In this document: in pieces, positions 26,552 through 38,065 of the stretch | How positions within the stretch are numbered: position 1 is the first letter of the stretch | Layout: every line of letters starts with the position of its first letter | Assembly (NCBI GenBank): GCA_965235115.1 | Contig: OZ249436.1 | Coordinates: 19,098,001-19,158,000 of the forward strand | From: Laetmonice hystrix | Lineage: Eukaryota | DNA: 60,000 nt | Direction of reading: 5' to 3' | Made by a program: the position numbers and the translations under genes | Notes under the pieces: generated by a model | What the model was told of the DNA's origin: nothing | The model's database searches: none | Seen by the model: only the letters and a program-made list of their open reading frames with translations

Positions 26552-28772
26552 CAGCGTCATGCTCGGCACCAACACCCGCTTGCCCCCTGAAGTTCCTACA
26601 ACCGCCTGTTGCAAGGCAAGGAGAGCGTTCAGATTAGGGCGCCGGTGGGCGTCTGACGATTATCCTCAACTAGGTGGGATATCAGGAATAATTGACCTTT
26701 TATATACACAACATACACTGTCCATATAAACCTTATATATACTCTCTGACCTTTTAAAGTTTCAATTTCATGGGGGAGGGAGGGGGCTACTGAGCGTGCC
26801 TCTATCACGATCGTGCTGATTCAGCTGTTTGTCAGCATTGAACCGGAAGCTATTTGCGCCGCGACTTCTCGCATTGCGTTATTTCCGGAGACGTGGTCGA
26901 GAGTTTGAGGTATGATGTCAACCTGCTGTTATACATCTGCACACGTGTTCTCTGTGTGAACGAGTGAGGTATCGAGGTCAGCTCGTAAATACATTCGTGT
27001 ACCACCGACATCGGGATGGACACCCAAGTCAAACACGAGCAAGTCGGCAGCATTTCAACCATGTAAGTCAGTGAAAATCTCCGGCCATGTTGGTCATTTT
27101 ATCACGAGTCGCCCCTCCATTTTCCTTTATTAATTGTTCAATCCCATCGGCCAGCTTCCGGAATACTTGTTCTTTGGTTTCATATGATTAAAACATTATT
27201 ATTGAATCTAAATTACTTGCTTTTGTATGTGATGCGAAATGGAGTTTAATGTTACATTCCGACGTCAGAAACACAATAATAATGACGTCACATTTGCCAA
27301 GGCGGGAATGTGGAAACTGTGACGTTCAAAATGCGGACCACGCCTGTGAACGCACCCGATCCTGGGTATGGACGTGGGACCCACTTGTGGAGACGCTCAA
27401 GTTGAACCCTCCAGCGTGGGAACAACCCCGGTTACCATTTAAAGGCCCGCCCGTCAGTCATGCAGCCCCCCCCGGCCGTAGGCTCACTGGGGCTGGGTTA
27501 CCGTGGATCCGTGGGTTTCCCTACAACACGCAACCCCTCACCGGAACCCTCTGAGGGTAGAACACTGGGGGCTCGGCACCCCTTCAACCCCCACCCCCTC
27601 AACCACCTGCGGTGCAACATGCACAGCATCGCTTCGAGTGAAGCCCTAGGGATTAGCAGGTACCATTTCACGGGGATTAAGCGCTAGATTTTCCCTCTAC
27701 CACCGACCGTCATTCAGGTCAAGGGTAGACCAGGAATAGTAAAAGGTACCGCTACCCTTTGACATCAGGTCCCCTTTAAAACCACCTTGACCGCTTAATA
27801 AGTCAATACATGTAATGCTTCTATGTTTTTCTTGTTTTTAAGTGGAAATCTGATTTGAGCAAACAATGTAAAAAAGAAATATATATAGCCATATGCATGA
27901 ATGTACATATTGCATGACAACCTCCAACAGTTTTCAAAATAAATAAATAAATACAAATGCTTGCATGACGACACCATACAGTGATTCCTCATTTCGCTTT
28001 TTACTGCGGTAGTCACGAGGTTCAGCGGAAAGCTGGGTTTAAACTGTTCAATACTTGGAACACCTGTGTACATTATTTGTTTAATTTCCAATGTTGCTAT
28101 ACATGAACGTCGATGGCCATGTTCGCTACATGCTCGAACTTGTATTCAGAAATCGGGGAGGCTAATCACTTAAAGTTAGCAGAAATCGGGAGTCAATCTC
28201 ATAAAGATTGGGGGGGGGGGGGGGAATCCAATCTTTTAAAGTTAACATAAATTGGGGGAGTCAATCTTTTAAAGTTAACAGACATCGTGTATTCAATTGA
28301 AGGTGACAGTTCAGGTACGCCCTGTTAATTCATGGTTTTCCGTGTTTTTCCTTGGTAATCCCCTCCCCGCCACTCAACTACACGAACAACATGTACTCAT
28401 TCTATATAACGTTATCTGTAGCAGCGCTCTATCATCTAGATCCAGAAGATCTAGATTTCCACAACAGCAAATTGCGTATATACATGCCTACTGATCAACA
28501 ACAAGAAATGGATGCCTACAGAACCAGCAACAAGAAATAGTGGATGCCTACTCATCCAACAAGAAATGGTGGATGGTTACTAATCCAGCAACAAGAAATG
28601 GGCAAGAAAAGCTGGATGCCTACAGGTCGAGCCGTTCGTGGTACTGTGGACAACAATCTACATGTTTTCCTCCTCCCTGTATGTGCATAGAGTGCGCGAC
28701 ACATTGTGACGTCATGAATATGTAAACATGGACACCTGGACCCTGAGATTAACATAATTCCGTCAGGTGGGT

Positions 28773-28848
<76 letters not shown>
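28773..28848. repeat. (AG)n microsatellite
   Basis: About 37 dinucleotide units with one interruption. Confidence 0.97.
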
Positions 28849-28851
<3 letters not shown>

Positions 28852-29480
28852 CGACCACCTGACCACTCCCTCTGTCCCTGTATAGCTAAGATATAGCTAG
28901 GGAAGCCATGGCCTCCCCTACCGCCTAGCTTCATCACAGGATCATTATAGTGTCTAAATGTATTATTTTGTCCCCAAACCCAAAATAAAACAAATTGGCA
29001 ATCACGACCGAAAACCTTCGCCTTTGCTTACCCCCATTAAAGGTCTAAAATTACGTGTGCTTGCTATCAAATGAGCGACCTTTATAAGTAGGGCTAAAAC
29101 TGGCGGAGTTGAGCGACTGCTGCCTGGAGTGGCTGTCATAGGTGTGCTAAGGTCACGAGTTGTCCTGTTGTATCTCGTTCACATCCACCAACACAATATC
29201 TAAGGACCAACAACATGTCATATTCTCACGTTAAGTCTATAATAAATAAATGAATGGAGGCGCTTACGAGAAACAACTGTGTCAAGCTAATATCTTTTCG
29301 CATCTGAGCAGTTGGCAATATTTGCTAAAAGCCTTCTCAACTGTTTTACATTGAAAGACGAGCGAATGAAATTGTCACGTTTGCTAATGGCTTGAAGCGG
29401 GTGAGTAGGAGGATTAGTAAGGCAGGGTGGTGAGGGAGGGGGGGGGATAGTATCGAGGGGGTAATTTAGTCATGTCTTAC

Positions 29481-29571
29481 CCTGTCTCCGTGGGTACTCA
29501 GCCCCTCCTTGGTAACACACAGTGGCCAGCCATACGGACAGCCACACACACAGGCCGCCATGGTATGACAT
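29481..29571 (-). CDS. First coding exon of an unidentified secreted or membrane protein (signal peptide MSYHGGLCVWLSVWLATVCYQGGA/EYPRRQ, phase-1 intron follows)
   Basis: ATG at 29571 with A at -3 (GGAATCATG). It is the first in-frame ATG after an in-frame TGA at 29673-29671. The h-region is LCVWLSVWLATVC and the putative cleavage site is G-G-A. 30 codons plus 1 nt end at a consensus donor CAGG|GTAAGA (intron starts at 29480). Downstream exons were not found. Confidence 0.65.
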
Positions 29572-31356
29572 GATTCCGGCAGCGGGGACGGCGGCGACGG
29601 CGACGGCCTGGTCCCTCCCGTGGGCCGGGATCACAGGAGGACAAGGCCTGGCCCCTCCCGTGGGCCGGGATCACAGGAGGACAAGGCCTGGTCCGTCCAG
29701 CGGGCCGGGTTCACAGGAGGAGGCCTCGGTGGGGTATGGTCCTGCGGATCTCGGCTGTCAGAACACGGCGCTTGAGGTGGAGGATGAGGCGAAGGCTACA
29801 ACCAACCACCCAACCAACCAACCAACCACCCAGCCACGGCCACCACGGCGTCACACGTTCCTTGAGGCCTGCAGCAGCCGCAGCCACGATTCACCGCTAG
29901 TGAGGAGGCCCTTCCACACACATTGATTGCTTTCAGCCAACTGTTCAGCTCTACTCTTAGAAATGTCTTCTCTTGCTTGTCCTCAACCGATGACCTGGCA
30001 CGGCATCCACCGGCCCCATGAATCTGCAGCGGTGGCCAAACAATCCTCGTATCTCTATACTCGCGCCACTCACATTGAGGTCTACGTACTGCTCACAGTG
30101 ATTTCCGTCCGACTTGTTAATTCAAAATCAGGAATTTGTTCTCACAGCAGCAGACAAGAGGGGCGTTGCGTTTAACCCATCATACACTAGCCGTTGACAC
30201 TATGATACGGCAGCGGCCCCGACTCGGAGGCTGCGTGTAGTTTGCAGTATGCCCAGCTCGCTACATGAGGAGGCATTGGTGAAAATGAGGACGGCGTAAA
30301 CTTGGCGGACCCTCGCACCAACGCTGATCCTGCAGCGTCTACAGCACCAGCAGCAGCAGCAGCAGCGTCTGAGGATGGCTGCGGCGATGGAGAATGGCAC
30401 GCGGCAGGGAGATGTTGGGGGGCGCAGGAGGCAGATGTTGTCAGTGATCCTACGGCTGGCCGAGGAGGAGGCGGAGGAGGATGAGGAGAAACGGGAAACA
30501 GTTCGGCGGCAGGGACCATGTGGCCTGCGGGTTTACACCCAAGTCCTAAACCGCCACTTTCACCGTCACCCCCATCAGCAACAACCACCATCAGCCCACT
30601 GCCGTCAACAGCAAGCCTGCTCTCCGCGTCAAGAGCCGACCCACCCGGCTAGAGGCAATGCAGGACAATTAAAACACCAGTGTTCAGTCATAAGCGGTTG
30701 CGATGCATTTCGCCTAGATAAAGCCGCTTCGTCTGTTTTCCACGCGAGGCCATCGCCGTCGCTGGCTGAGTCGATGAAAGAGCCTGGAGATTAGCATCAC
30801 CTTGGAAGCAGATGTAAATCTCAGCCAAGTTAGAGGCTGAAGTTCACTTTTCAACCATTCCCTTGTAATCATGCAAGTCGTGATCAGGGTTGAAGCTGGC
30901 TTCGAGGCAGTGCTGTCTACACCCAGGAGGTTGAACACAGGAGGAGTCCGCCCGAGCGGGACTCCGTGCTGACCGACGCCCGACTCGCCACCACCGGCGC
31001 TATAGCTGACGCCGCCAGCACCCACCGTCCTCTAGTAATCGTCCCGTCGTCTGACTGACGCGCCCACCGTTCCGACAACCACTGCATCGACTGCTGACTG
31101 CGAGGCTGCTGCTGGCAGCGCCCCCACCGGCCACCGCCGTCACCACGTTCAGCCACTCGGCGGCCAAACGTCCTCAAGCCACGAACAGTTGGCTCGGCCG
31201 CCAACCCCACCACCGCCTTTAGTAACTGGGGACAATCCCTCCCAGCCCTAACACCAGGCGGCGCTGGATGCAGCTGACCTGCAGCGTGTTTGGTCAGAAT
31301 ACGTGGCGACTTTAGCTGGTGATCACGACACATACTGACATTGTTGTGAAATTAAC
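29572..31356 (-). other. Putative GC-rich 5' UTR portion of the same exon (upstream boundary uncertain)
   Basis: A strong minus-strand acceptor cccttctcttttcctgcgacttag|G would start the exon at 31356. The region is GC-rich with CAG/GAG/GCC runs and no long ORF. Alternative acceptors would start it at 31278 (ctgcag|G) or 29754 (gttctgacag|C). Confidence 0.4.
29605..29720. repeat. 40-bp GC-rich triplication just upstream of the minus-strand ATG
   Basis: ggcctggtccctcccgtgggccgggatcacaggaggacaa at 29605, 29645 and (degenerate) 29685. Confidence 0.85.
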
Positions 31357-31469
31357 CTAAGTCGCAGGAAAAGAGAAGGGTCGTCGGGGGGGGGGGGGGA
31401 CGGAAAAAACCCACAAGAACAACAACAACAAACACCGGGCCCGAGCACATTAGCCGCAGCTGATCACAT

Positions 31470-32392
31470 TGATGAGGCTTGTTGGCCGTTACAAGCATTG
31501 CTTACGGTTGTTGGCCGTTACAAGCATTGTTTACGGTTGTTGGCCGTTACAAGCATTGTTGAGGCTTGTTGGCCGTTACAAGCATTGTTTACGGTTGTTG
31601 GCCGTTACAAGCATTGTTGACGCTTGTTGGCCGTTACAAGCATTGCTTACGTTTGTTGGCCGTTACAAGCATTGCTTACAGTTGTTGGCCGTTACAAGCA
31701 TTGCTTACAGTTGTTGGCTGTTATAAGCATTGCTTACGGTTGTTGGCCGTTACAAGCATTGCTTACAGTTGTTGGCCGTTACAAGCATTGCTTACAGTTG
31801 TTGGCTGTTATAAGCATTGCTTACGGTTGTTGGCCGTTACAAGCATTGCTTACGGTTGTTGGCCGTTACAAGCATTGCTTACGTTTGTTGGCCGTTACAA
31901 GCATTGCTTACAGTTGTTGGCCGTTACAAGCATTGCTTACAGTTGTTGGCTGTTACAAGCATTGTTGATGGTTGTTGGCCGTTACAAGCATTGCTTACGG
32001 TTGTTGGCCGTTACAAGCATTGTTTACGGTTGTTGGCCGTTACAAGCATTGTTTACGCTTGTTGGCCGTTACAAGCATTGTTTACGGTTGTTGGCCGTTA
32101 CAAGCATTGTTGACGCTTGTTGGCCGTTACAAGCATTGTTTACGGTTGTTGGCCGTTACAAGCATTGTTGACCCTTGTTGGCCGTTACAAGCATTGTTTA
32201 CGGTTGTTGGCCGTTACAAGCATTGTTGACGCTTGTTGGCCGTTACAAGCATTGTTGACGCTTGTTGGCCGTTACAAGCATTGTTTACGGTTGTTGGCCG
32301 TTACAAGCATTGTTTACGGTTGTTGGCCGTTACAAGCATTGTTGACGCTTGTTGGCCGTTACAAGCATTGTTGACGGTTGTTGGCCGTTACA
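31470..32392. repeat. 29-bp minisatellite (TTGTTGGCCGTTACAAGCATTGCTTACGG), ~32 copies
   Basis: Exact 29-bp period; it accounts for the ORFs at 31469-32418. Confidence 0.97.
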
Positions 32393-32552
32393 ATGATGTC
32401 CAGATAACAGCGACATGAATCAGTTCGGACCGGCTCATGAATTCGCATATGGAAGGGAAACTGATGGAGAGTTACCGCTAAACTGATTAGACAGGATTAG
32501 TTAAGTCACTGTGATTCTATCAGAGAATACTTCAGTCGGTGATACGTGGGAT

Positions 32553-33363
32553 TGGAATGGGAGTGGGTGTGGGTGGGGTAGGATGGGAGTGGAGGTGGGT
32601 GGGGTGGGGTAGGATGGGAGTGGAGGTGGGTGGGGTGGGGTGGGGTAGGATGGGAGTGGAGGTGGGTGGGGTGGGGTAGGATGGGAGTGGAGGTGGGTGG
32701 GGTGGGGTGGGGTAGGATGGGAGTGGAGGTGGGTGGGGTGGGGTAGGATGGGAGTGGAGGTGGGTGGGGTGGGGTGGGGTAGGATGGGAGTGGAGGTGGG
32801 TGGGGTGGGGTGGGGTAGGATGGGAGTGGAGGTGGGTGGGGTGGGGTGGGGTAGGATGGGAGTGGAGGTGGGTGGGGTGGGGTAGGATGGGAGTGGAGGT
32901 GGGTGGGGTGGGGTAGGATGGGAGTGGAGGTGGGTGGGGTGGGGTAGGATGGGAGTGGAGGTGGGTGGGGTGGGGTAGGATGGGAGTGGAGGTGGGTGGG
33001 GTGGGGTAGGATGGGAGTGGAGGTGGGTGGGGTGGGGTAGGATGGGAGTGGAGGTGGGTGGGGTGGGGTAGGATGGGAGTGGAGGTGGGTGGGGTGGGGT
33101 AGGATGGGAGTGGGGGTGGGTGGGGTGTAGTAGGATGGGAGTGAGGGTGGGTGGGATGGGGTAGGATGGGAGTGGGTGTGGGTGGGGTAGGGTAGGGTAG
33201 GGTAGGGTAGGGTAGGGTAGGATGGGAGTGGAGGTGGGTGGGGTGGGGTAGGATGGGAGTGGAGGTGGGTGGGGTGGGGTAGGATAGGAGTGGGGGTGGG
33301 TGGGGTGGGGTAGGATGGGAGTGGAGGTGGGGTAGGATGGGAGTGGGGGTGGGTGAGGTGGGG
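32553..33363. repeat. 31/36-bp G-rich minisatellite (GGGGTAGGATGGGAGTGGAGGTGGGTGGGGT), strong G-quadruplex potential
   Basis: About 25 copies with essentially no C on the plus strand and an internal (GGGTA)n run. Confidence 0.96.
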
Positions 33364-33449
33364 TGTTATTCCATGTTTCACAGCAGCACGATTTCTATAA
33401 CGCATCCTTTTATTCTATAACCTTTTTCTCTCAGTGTCAGCCTTTTGTA

Positions 33450-33998
33450 CAGTAGTGTGCAAAAATATTAGAACACTTGCCATGAACTAGAAAACGAAGT
33501 CTTATTTCAATGAAATGACCCCAGTGTAGCCATTAAACCATCATATCTTACACACTGGAACCTTCAGCCATACTGATATTGCATCATGAATGTCCCAGAG
33601 ACACCTGCATGATACCTTTTTTCATTTTTGGGGGAACATACTGCAATTTGGAAATGTCGAATAATATCATGTCCAGTCAAATCTCCCTTCAGATTCATTA
33701 CGATGGGTGATTTTTGTATAGGTTTCAGGTCAAGTAGTCCTAGGACACCACTCTGGTCATCCTTTGTCCATAGAAGGTGTGTACTCAAAGTTAATTTCAC
33801 GGAGTCCAGACTTCACAGTAAGACCCTGTGTAGCCCAAAAAGCAAGTCAAATACTGATTTGAAGAGGCTAAGGGAAAAACGGAACTCGCAAATGAGCAGA
33901 GGGCCCAAATCAAGGCACCTTCGGATGATGGGTGGAGTTGCAGAAAGATTGCTGCTGACATAACATGCCAAGTGTTCTAATATTTCTGCACACTACTG
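33450..33998. mobile_element. Non-autonomous Tc1/mariner-type element (MITE), 549 bp
   Basis: 35-bp TIRs: CAGTAGTGTGCAAAAATATTAGAACACTTGCCATG versus the reverse-complemented right end CAGTAGTGTGCAGAAATATTAGAACACTTGGCATG (2 mismatches). TA lies at 33448-49 and 33999-34000. A CAGT terminus with a TA TSD is typical of Tc1-like elements. No transposase ORF. Confidence 0.9.
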
Positions 33999-34009
33999 TA
34001 CATATTCTA

Positions 34010-34990
34010 CTAACTGCCTTCTCCTTCGCTAAGTGGCTTGTTCACGAACTGCCTTCTCCTTCGCTAAGTGGCTTGTTCACGAACTGCCTTCTCCTTCGCT
34101 AACTGGCTTGTTCACGAACTGCCTTCTCCTTCGCTAACTGGCTTGTTCACGAACTGCCTTCTCCTTTGCTAACTGGCTTGTTCACGAACTGCCTTCTCCT
34201 TCGCTAACTGGCTTACCCACGAACTGCCTTTTCCTTCACTAACTTTTTGTCCACTAACTGCCTTTTCCTTCACTAACTGGCTTTGCCACTAACTGCCTTC
34301 TCCTTCACTAACTTCTTCAATTTATTTTCTGCTCAGTGTTACCCTTTTGAAGGTGCTCTATTAACTGGCTTGCCCTCCACTAACTGGCTTCTCGTCCACT
34401 GACGGGCTTCTCTTCCACTAACTGGCTTCTCTTCTACTAACTGGCTTCTCCTCCATTAACTGGCTTCTCCTTCACTAACTGGCTTCTCATTCACTAACTG
34501 GCTTCTCCCCCTCTAACTGGCTTCCCTCCACTTACTGGCTTCTCCTCCACTGACGGGCTTCTCCTCCACTAACTGGCTTCTCCTCCACTAACTGGCTTCC
34601 CCTCCACTAGCTGGCTTCTCCTCCACTGACGGGCTTCCTTTCAACTAGCTGGTTTCTCTTCCACTAACTAGCTTCTCCTCCACTAACTGGCTTCCCCTCC
34701 ACTAACTGGCTTCTTCTCCACTGACGGGCTTCTTTTCAACTAGCTGGTTTCTCTTCCACTAACTGGCTTCTCCTCCACTAACTAGCTTCTCCTCCACTAA
34801 CTGGCTTCTCCTCCACTAAATGGCTTCTCCTCCACTAACTGGCTTCCCCTCCACTAACTGGCTTCTCCTCCACTAACTGGCTTCTCCTCCACTAACTGGC
34901 TTTTCCTCCACTAACTGGCTTCTCCTCCACTAACTGGCTTCTCCTCCACTAACTGGCTTCTCCTTCACTAACTACCTTTTCCTCCACTCT
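34010..34990. repeat. C/T-rich minisatellite: 35-bp units (34012-~34310) followed by 19-bp units (CCACTAACTGGCTTCTCCT)
   Basis: Period is 35 (34012, 34047) and then 19 (34871, 34890); both share the aactg(g/c)cttctcct core. Confidence 0.93.
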
Positions 34991-35494
34991 GATTCTGCCA
35001 CTGGACAGTGACAGCCCCAGAAAACGTTTCAACTTTCTGTTTGAGTGCGGAAGACTGCCCCCTGATCAGCCCCTATCGTACAAATCCTATTACGCTCTCA
35101 ATTCTACTCCTGACGAAATGACAGAGGGTTTTTTTCTCCTTTGATGTTTCCAGGCTTAGTCGCCGTGACAGCTTTATGGTGATTCTCGTGTGGGCTTCAC
35201 TAAGTCAAACGACGACGCCGTTACCATGGAAACGTATCGCAGGCACAAAGATGTCTTTCCTGGCGACGTGGCGTTCCACTCGTTAAATGTCGTTGCTGCA
35301 AAAAGTCTTTCCGAGGAGCGCTTTGTTAGCGACTTGTCTGCTCAGTGAAACACAACCCTGGCCAGTAGGACGGAAGTCGAGGGATAGACCTTTCTGATTT
35401 GTTCAGTATTATATCAGATTACAAATCTTATGACAAAAAGGACTGCACTAACAATGAACGATGTAAGACACATGTCTCAAGTCGGGAATCGTAC

Positions 35495-35627
35495 AGTGGT
35501 CACACTAACATTTTGTAAATTAGTGAGTGAGTGAGTAGTATAGTGGTCACGCTAACATTTTGTAAATTGGGGAGTGAGTGAGTAGTATAGTGGTCACACC
35601 AACATTTTGTAAATTAGTGAGTGAGTG
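35495..35627. repeat. 47-bp triplication ending in (GTGA)n
   Basis: agtggtcac(a/g)c(t/c)aacattttgtaaatt at 35495, 35542 and 35589. Confidence 0.9.
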
Positions 35628-35685
35628 GTTGTTGTTTAACGCCCAGTCAGCAGTATTTTAGCTATATCAAGGGGAGAACAAGGTA
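35616..35685 (-). mobile_element. Probable truncated SINE/LINE 3' end with a (CACT)n tail
   Basis: gtgagtgagtggttgttgtttaacgcccagtcagcagtattttagctatatcaaggggagaacaag resembles 3' ends of mollusc SINEs as I recall them; not database-verified. Confidence 0.4.
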
Positions 35686-35699
35686 ACTAACTCAGTCGG

Positions 35700-37030
35700 T
35701 GAAATCCATGTGAGGACTCGGGCCAATCGGAACGTCCGAGGTCATTTCATTTCCGGTTGAGGAATACCCTTGGATGTAAGACAGGCCCAAAGCTACAAGC
35801 GCTAAACGCCTCTGACGTCACATCACTACTCATGTTCTACCGCCCTGCTAAGTAGTTCCAACAGATCGCGGAAACTTATTAATCTGACACAAATTTAGTG
35901 CATTTTTGTGTATCTGGTGGTATGGACGTGGGATTTTAACACATGTTTCAGTCTCAAAAAGTTGAAATCCACGAATCTGGAAGATGTTCATCGTTGCCCG
36001 GAGCATCGATGTCTACCAATCGGGAATCCCGCGGTCATGACCCTGACGTCATATGCCCTGGGGAATCCCGAACGCCTCTTGTAGGCATGTCTGGCTTTTC
36101 GGAGCTCCAGGCCCGGGCTAACCATACATGTTGCGAAGTTTACAAACTATTTCAGTTCAAACGTACCATATTTGTTATTAACCTACCAAATTCCAACAAT
36201 TTCAAGCAACAAACAGTCACGGAGTTTGGCGTTGTCCAGAAACAAAACAAGTGCTGGTGTTAAGCGTCCGCCATTTTAATTAAATCGCCGGTCACATGAC
36301 TCCATCTAATCATGTGACTGGAAGTAATTTCAACATGGCAGAGCCCGTAACACATTCGAGCATTCGGAAAACCTCGGCCCAACTTCCGGTCGCTTCGCTA
36401 GTTGTGGTCTCGAACGTCGCAAGCCGTAGAGATATGACAGTGATTCTACAGGTTTGGGCACATCACAACTCGCGTAGTGCGCAACGGCGTAAAGTAGTTC
36501 TTAGACCGTCGGTATTCGGCCTAACGCGGGATTGTTCATCAGGAAAAAAGGATAATTTCCGAAGATTTGCAGTCTCGATCGTTCTTAGCAGCCGCGACAC
36601 ATCCAGTTTTGCAGTATTTATGAAATCATACGACTTTACTAGCTTGTATCAACATAAGAAATGACGTCATACGCCCAAAGGAATCCCGAGGGAATCCCAA
36701 GTGAGACAGCTCGTCCGTGGGACAAACGTTGACCTCCGTCTGACGATAAACAATGCCAATAGGAATGTCAACATCTAAAAAAAGTATCTATAGAAACCTA
36801 AATAGATTTTCTCTGATGTCTAATCCACTTGTCAGAGGTATCAAGCGGAGATCTGTTTTTAAACAAGCCAAACACTGCTTGTCTTTCACCTTTGTCGGTG
36901 TGTCGGCCGTCGCCATTTTGACCACGTTGTGTCACGTGATAGATCCAACATGGTGACGACTGTGCGAGGGCCGAGAGGATCTGGCCCGGACAGTCCCGAG
37001 GTGGGCCGAATGACATTCGAGGTGTTTTGC
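35700..37030. promoter_or_regulatory. CpG-rich promoter-like region, possibly bidirectional
   Basis: CCAAT (~35722, ~36016), TGACGTCA (35813, 36044, 36662), YY1-like CGCCATTTT (~36269, 36911), E-boxes GTCACATGAC (36291) and GTCACGTGA (36931), and ETS-like CTTCCGG (36383). Confidence 0.45.
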
Positions 37031-37907
37031 GTATGGAAAGCCCGAGATGTTGCGATTGGACTCGGGCTTGAAGTCGTCGGTAGTCACTGACCGATCAGTG
37101 AGATGTGCGACAAGTCACGACCTGAGGTGTGACACTCTGAGTGAGGATGACGTTAGGGTGACACTCCTCGTTAGTTTGCTGTCTGTAGTAGGTGCTGGAC
37201 GATCGAGGGTGGAGCGGGGGCGGGGAGAGGGCAGAGCATCATGGCTCTATCCGGCATCAACACACAAGTACACTATAAACACATTAGCCAGGGTAAACTG
37301 GACTCGGGCAGGGCTGGCAAACATGGCAATCTGAACACCTCGGGATAATCACCGACCACATATCGACCTTCTACCTCCTAAAGTCTCATCTCTTCTCGAA
37401 CACGGCACGGATTAAAAAAAACTCAGTTTAGATACAACAGTCAGAGTCAGGGAGGACAGCTACAAAAATCTGCTTACTGCGCATGCGCACCTGAAGTGTC
37501 CAGTGATGACCTCTGGTATCGTGATCTTCTCCCAGCATGCACTGGAAGGCATTTGCGAGTTTATTGTCATCTTGTAAGCCATCGTTCAGGTCTGATGTTA
37601 GGGACAAGATAACCCAACCGATAAAGTCATCCGATCCTTCACCTTCGACAGGTTGACAAACTTTTGTCTCCTCATCCCGGAGGATAAAGGAAAGTTTCCC
37701 TTTAGCGGGGAGGCAGTTAAAGTTAGGTTTGGGGGCCGGGAAGAGTGAAAGGTTTCTTTTGTTACCATAGGGGATTGTACCAGGAAGGGTGTGTGAGAGA
37801 GTGGCTGGCCCGTCCGACCGTCCGGCCACCAAGCCGGCTGGTCTGACGGTACCAGCCACGACACCGTACGTCCAGCCCCCCCCCCCCCCCCCACACACAC
37901 ACACCGG

Positions 37908-38065
37908 GCCGTCACTGCCTACCGTCACTGCCTCCCGTCACTGCCTCCCGTCACTGCCTCCCGTCACTGCCTCCCGTCACTGCCTCCCGTCACTGCCTCC
38001 CGTCACTGCCTCCCGTCACTGCCTCCCGTCACTGCCTCCCGTCACTGCCTACCGTCACTGCCTCC
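37908..38065. repeat. 13-bp minisatellite (CCGTCACTGCCTC), ~12 copies
   Basis: Exact 13-bp period. Confidence 0.95.

Noticed and set aside
30375..30794. Plus-strand 139-aa ORF with Glu and Gln runs
   Set aside because: It has no recognisable domain, there are in-frame stops just upstream, and it is better explained as GC-rich antisense of the minus-strand leader. It cannot be fully excluded without expression data.
31468..31495. ttgatgaggcttgttggccgttac resembles a minimal hammerhead core (CTGATGAG-stem-GAAAC)
   Set aside because: The invariant core is broken (TTGATGA and GTTAC instead of CTGATGA and GAAAC), and only the first unit has TGATGAG.
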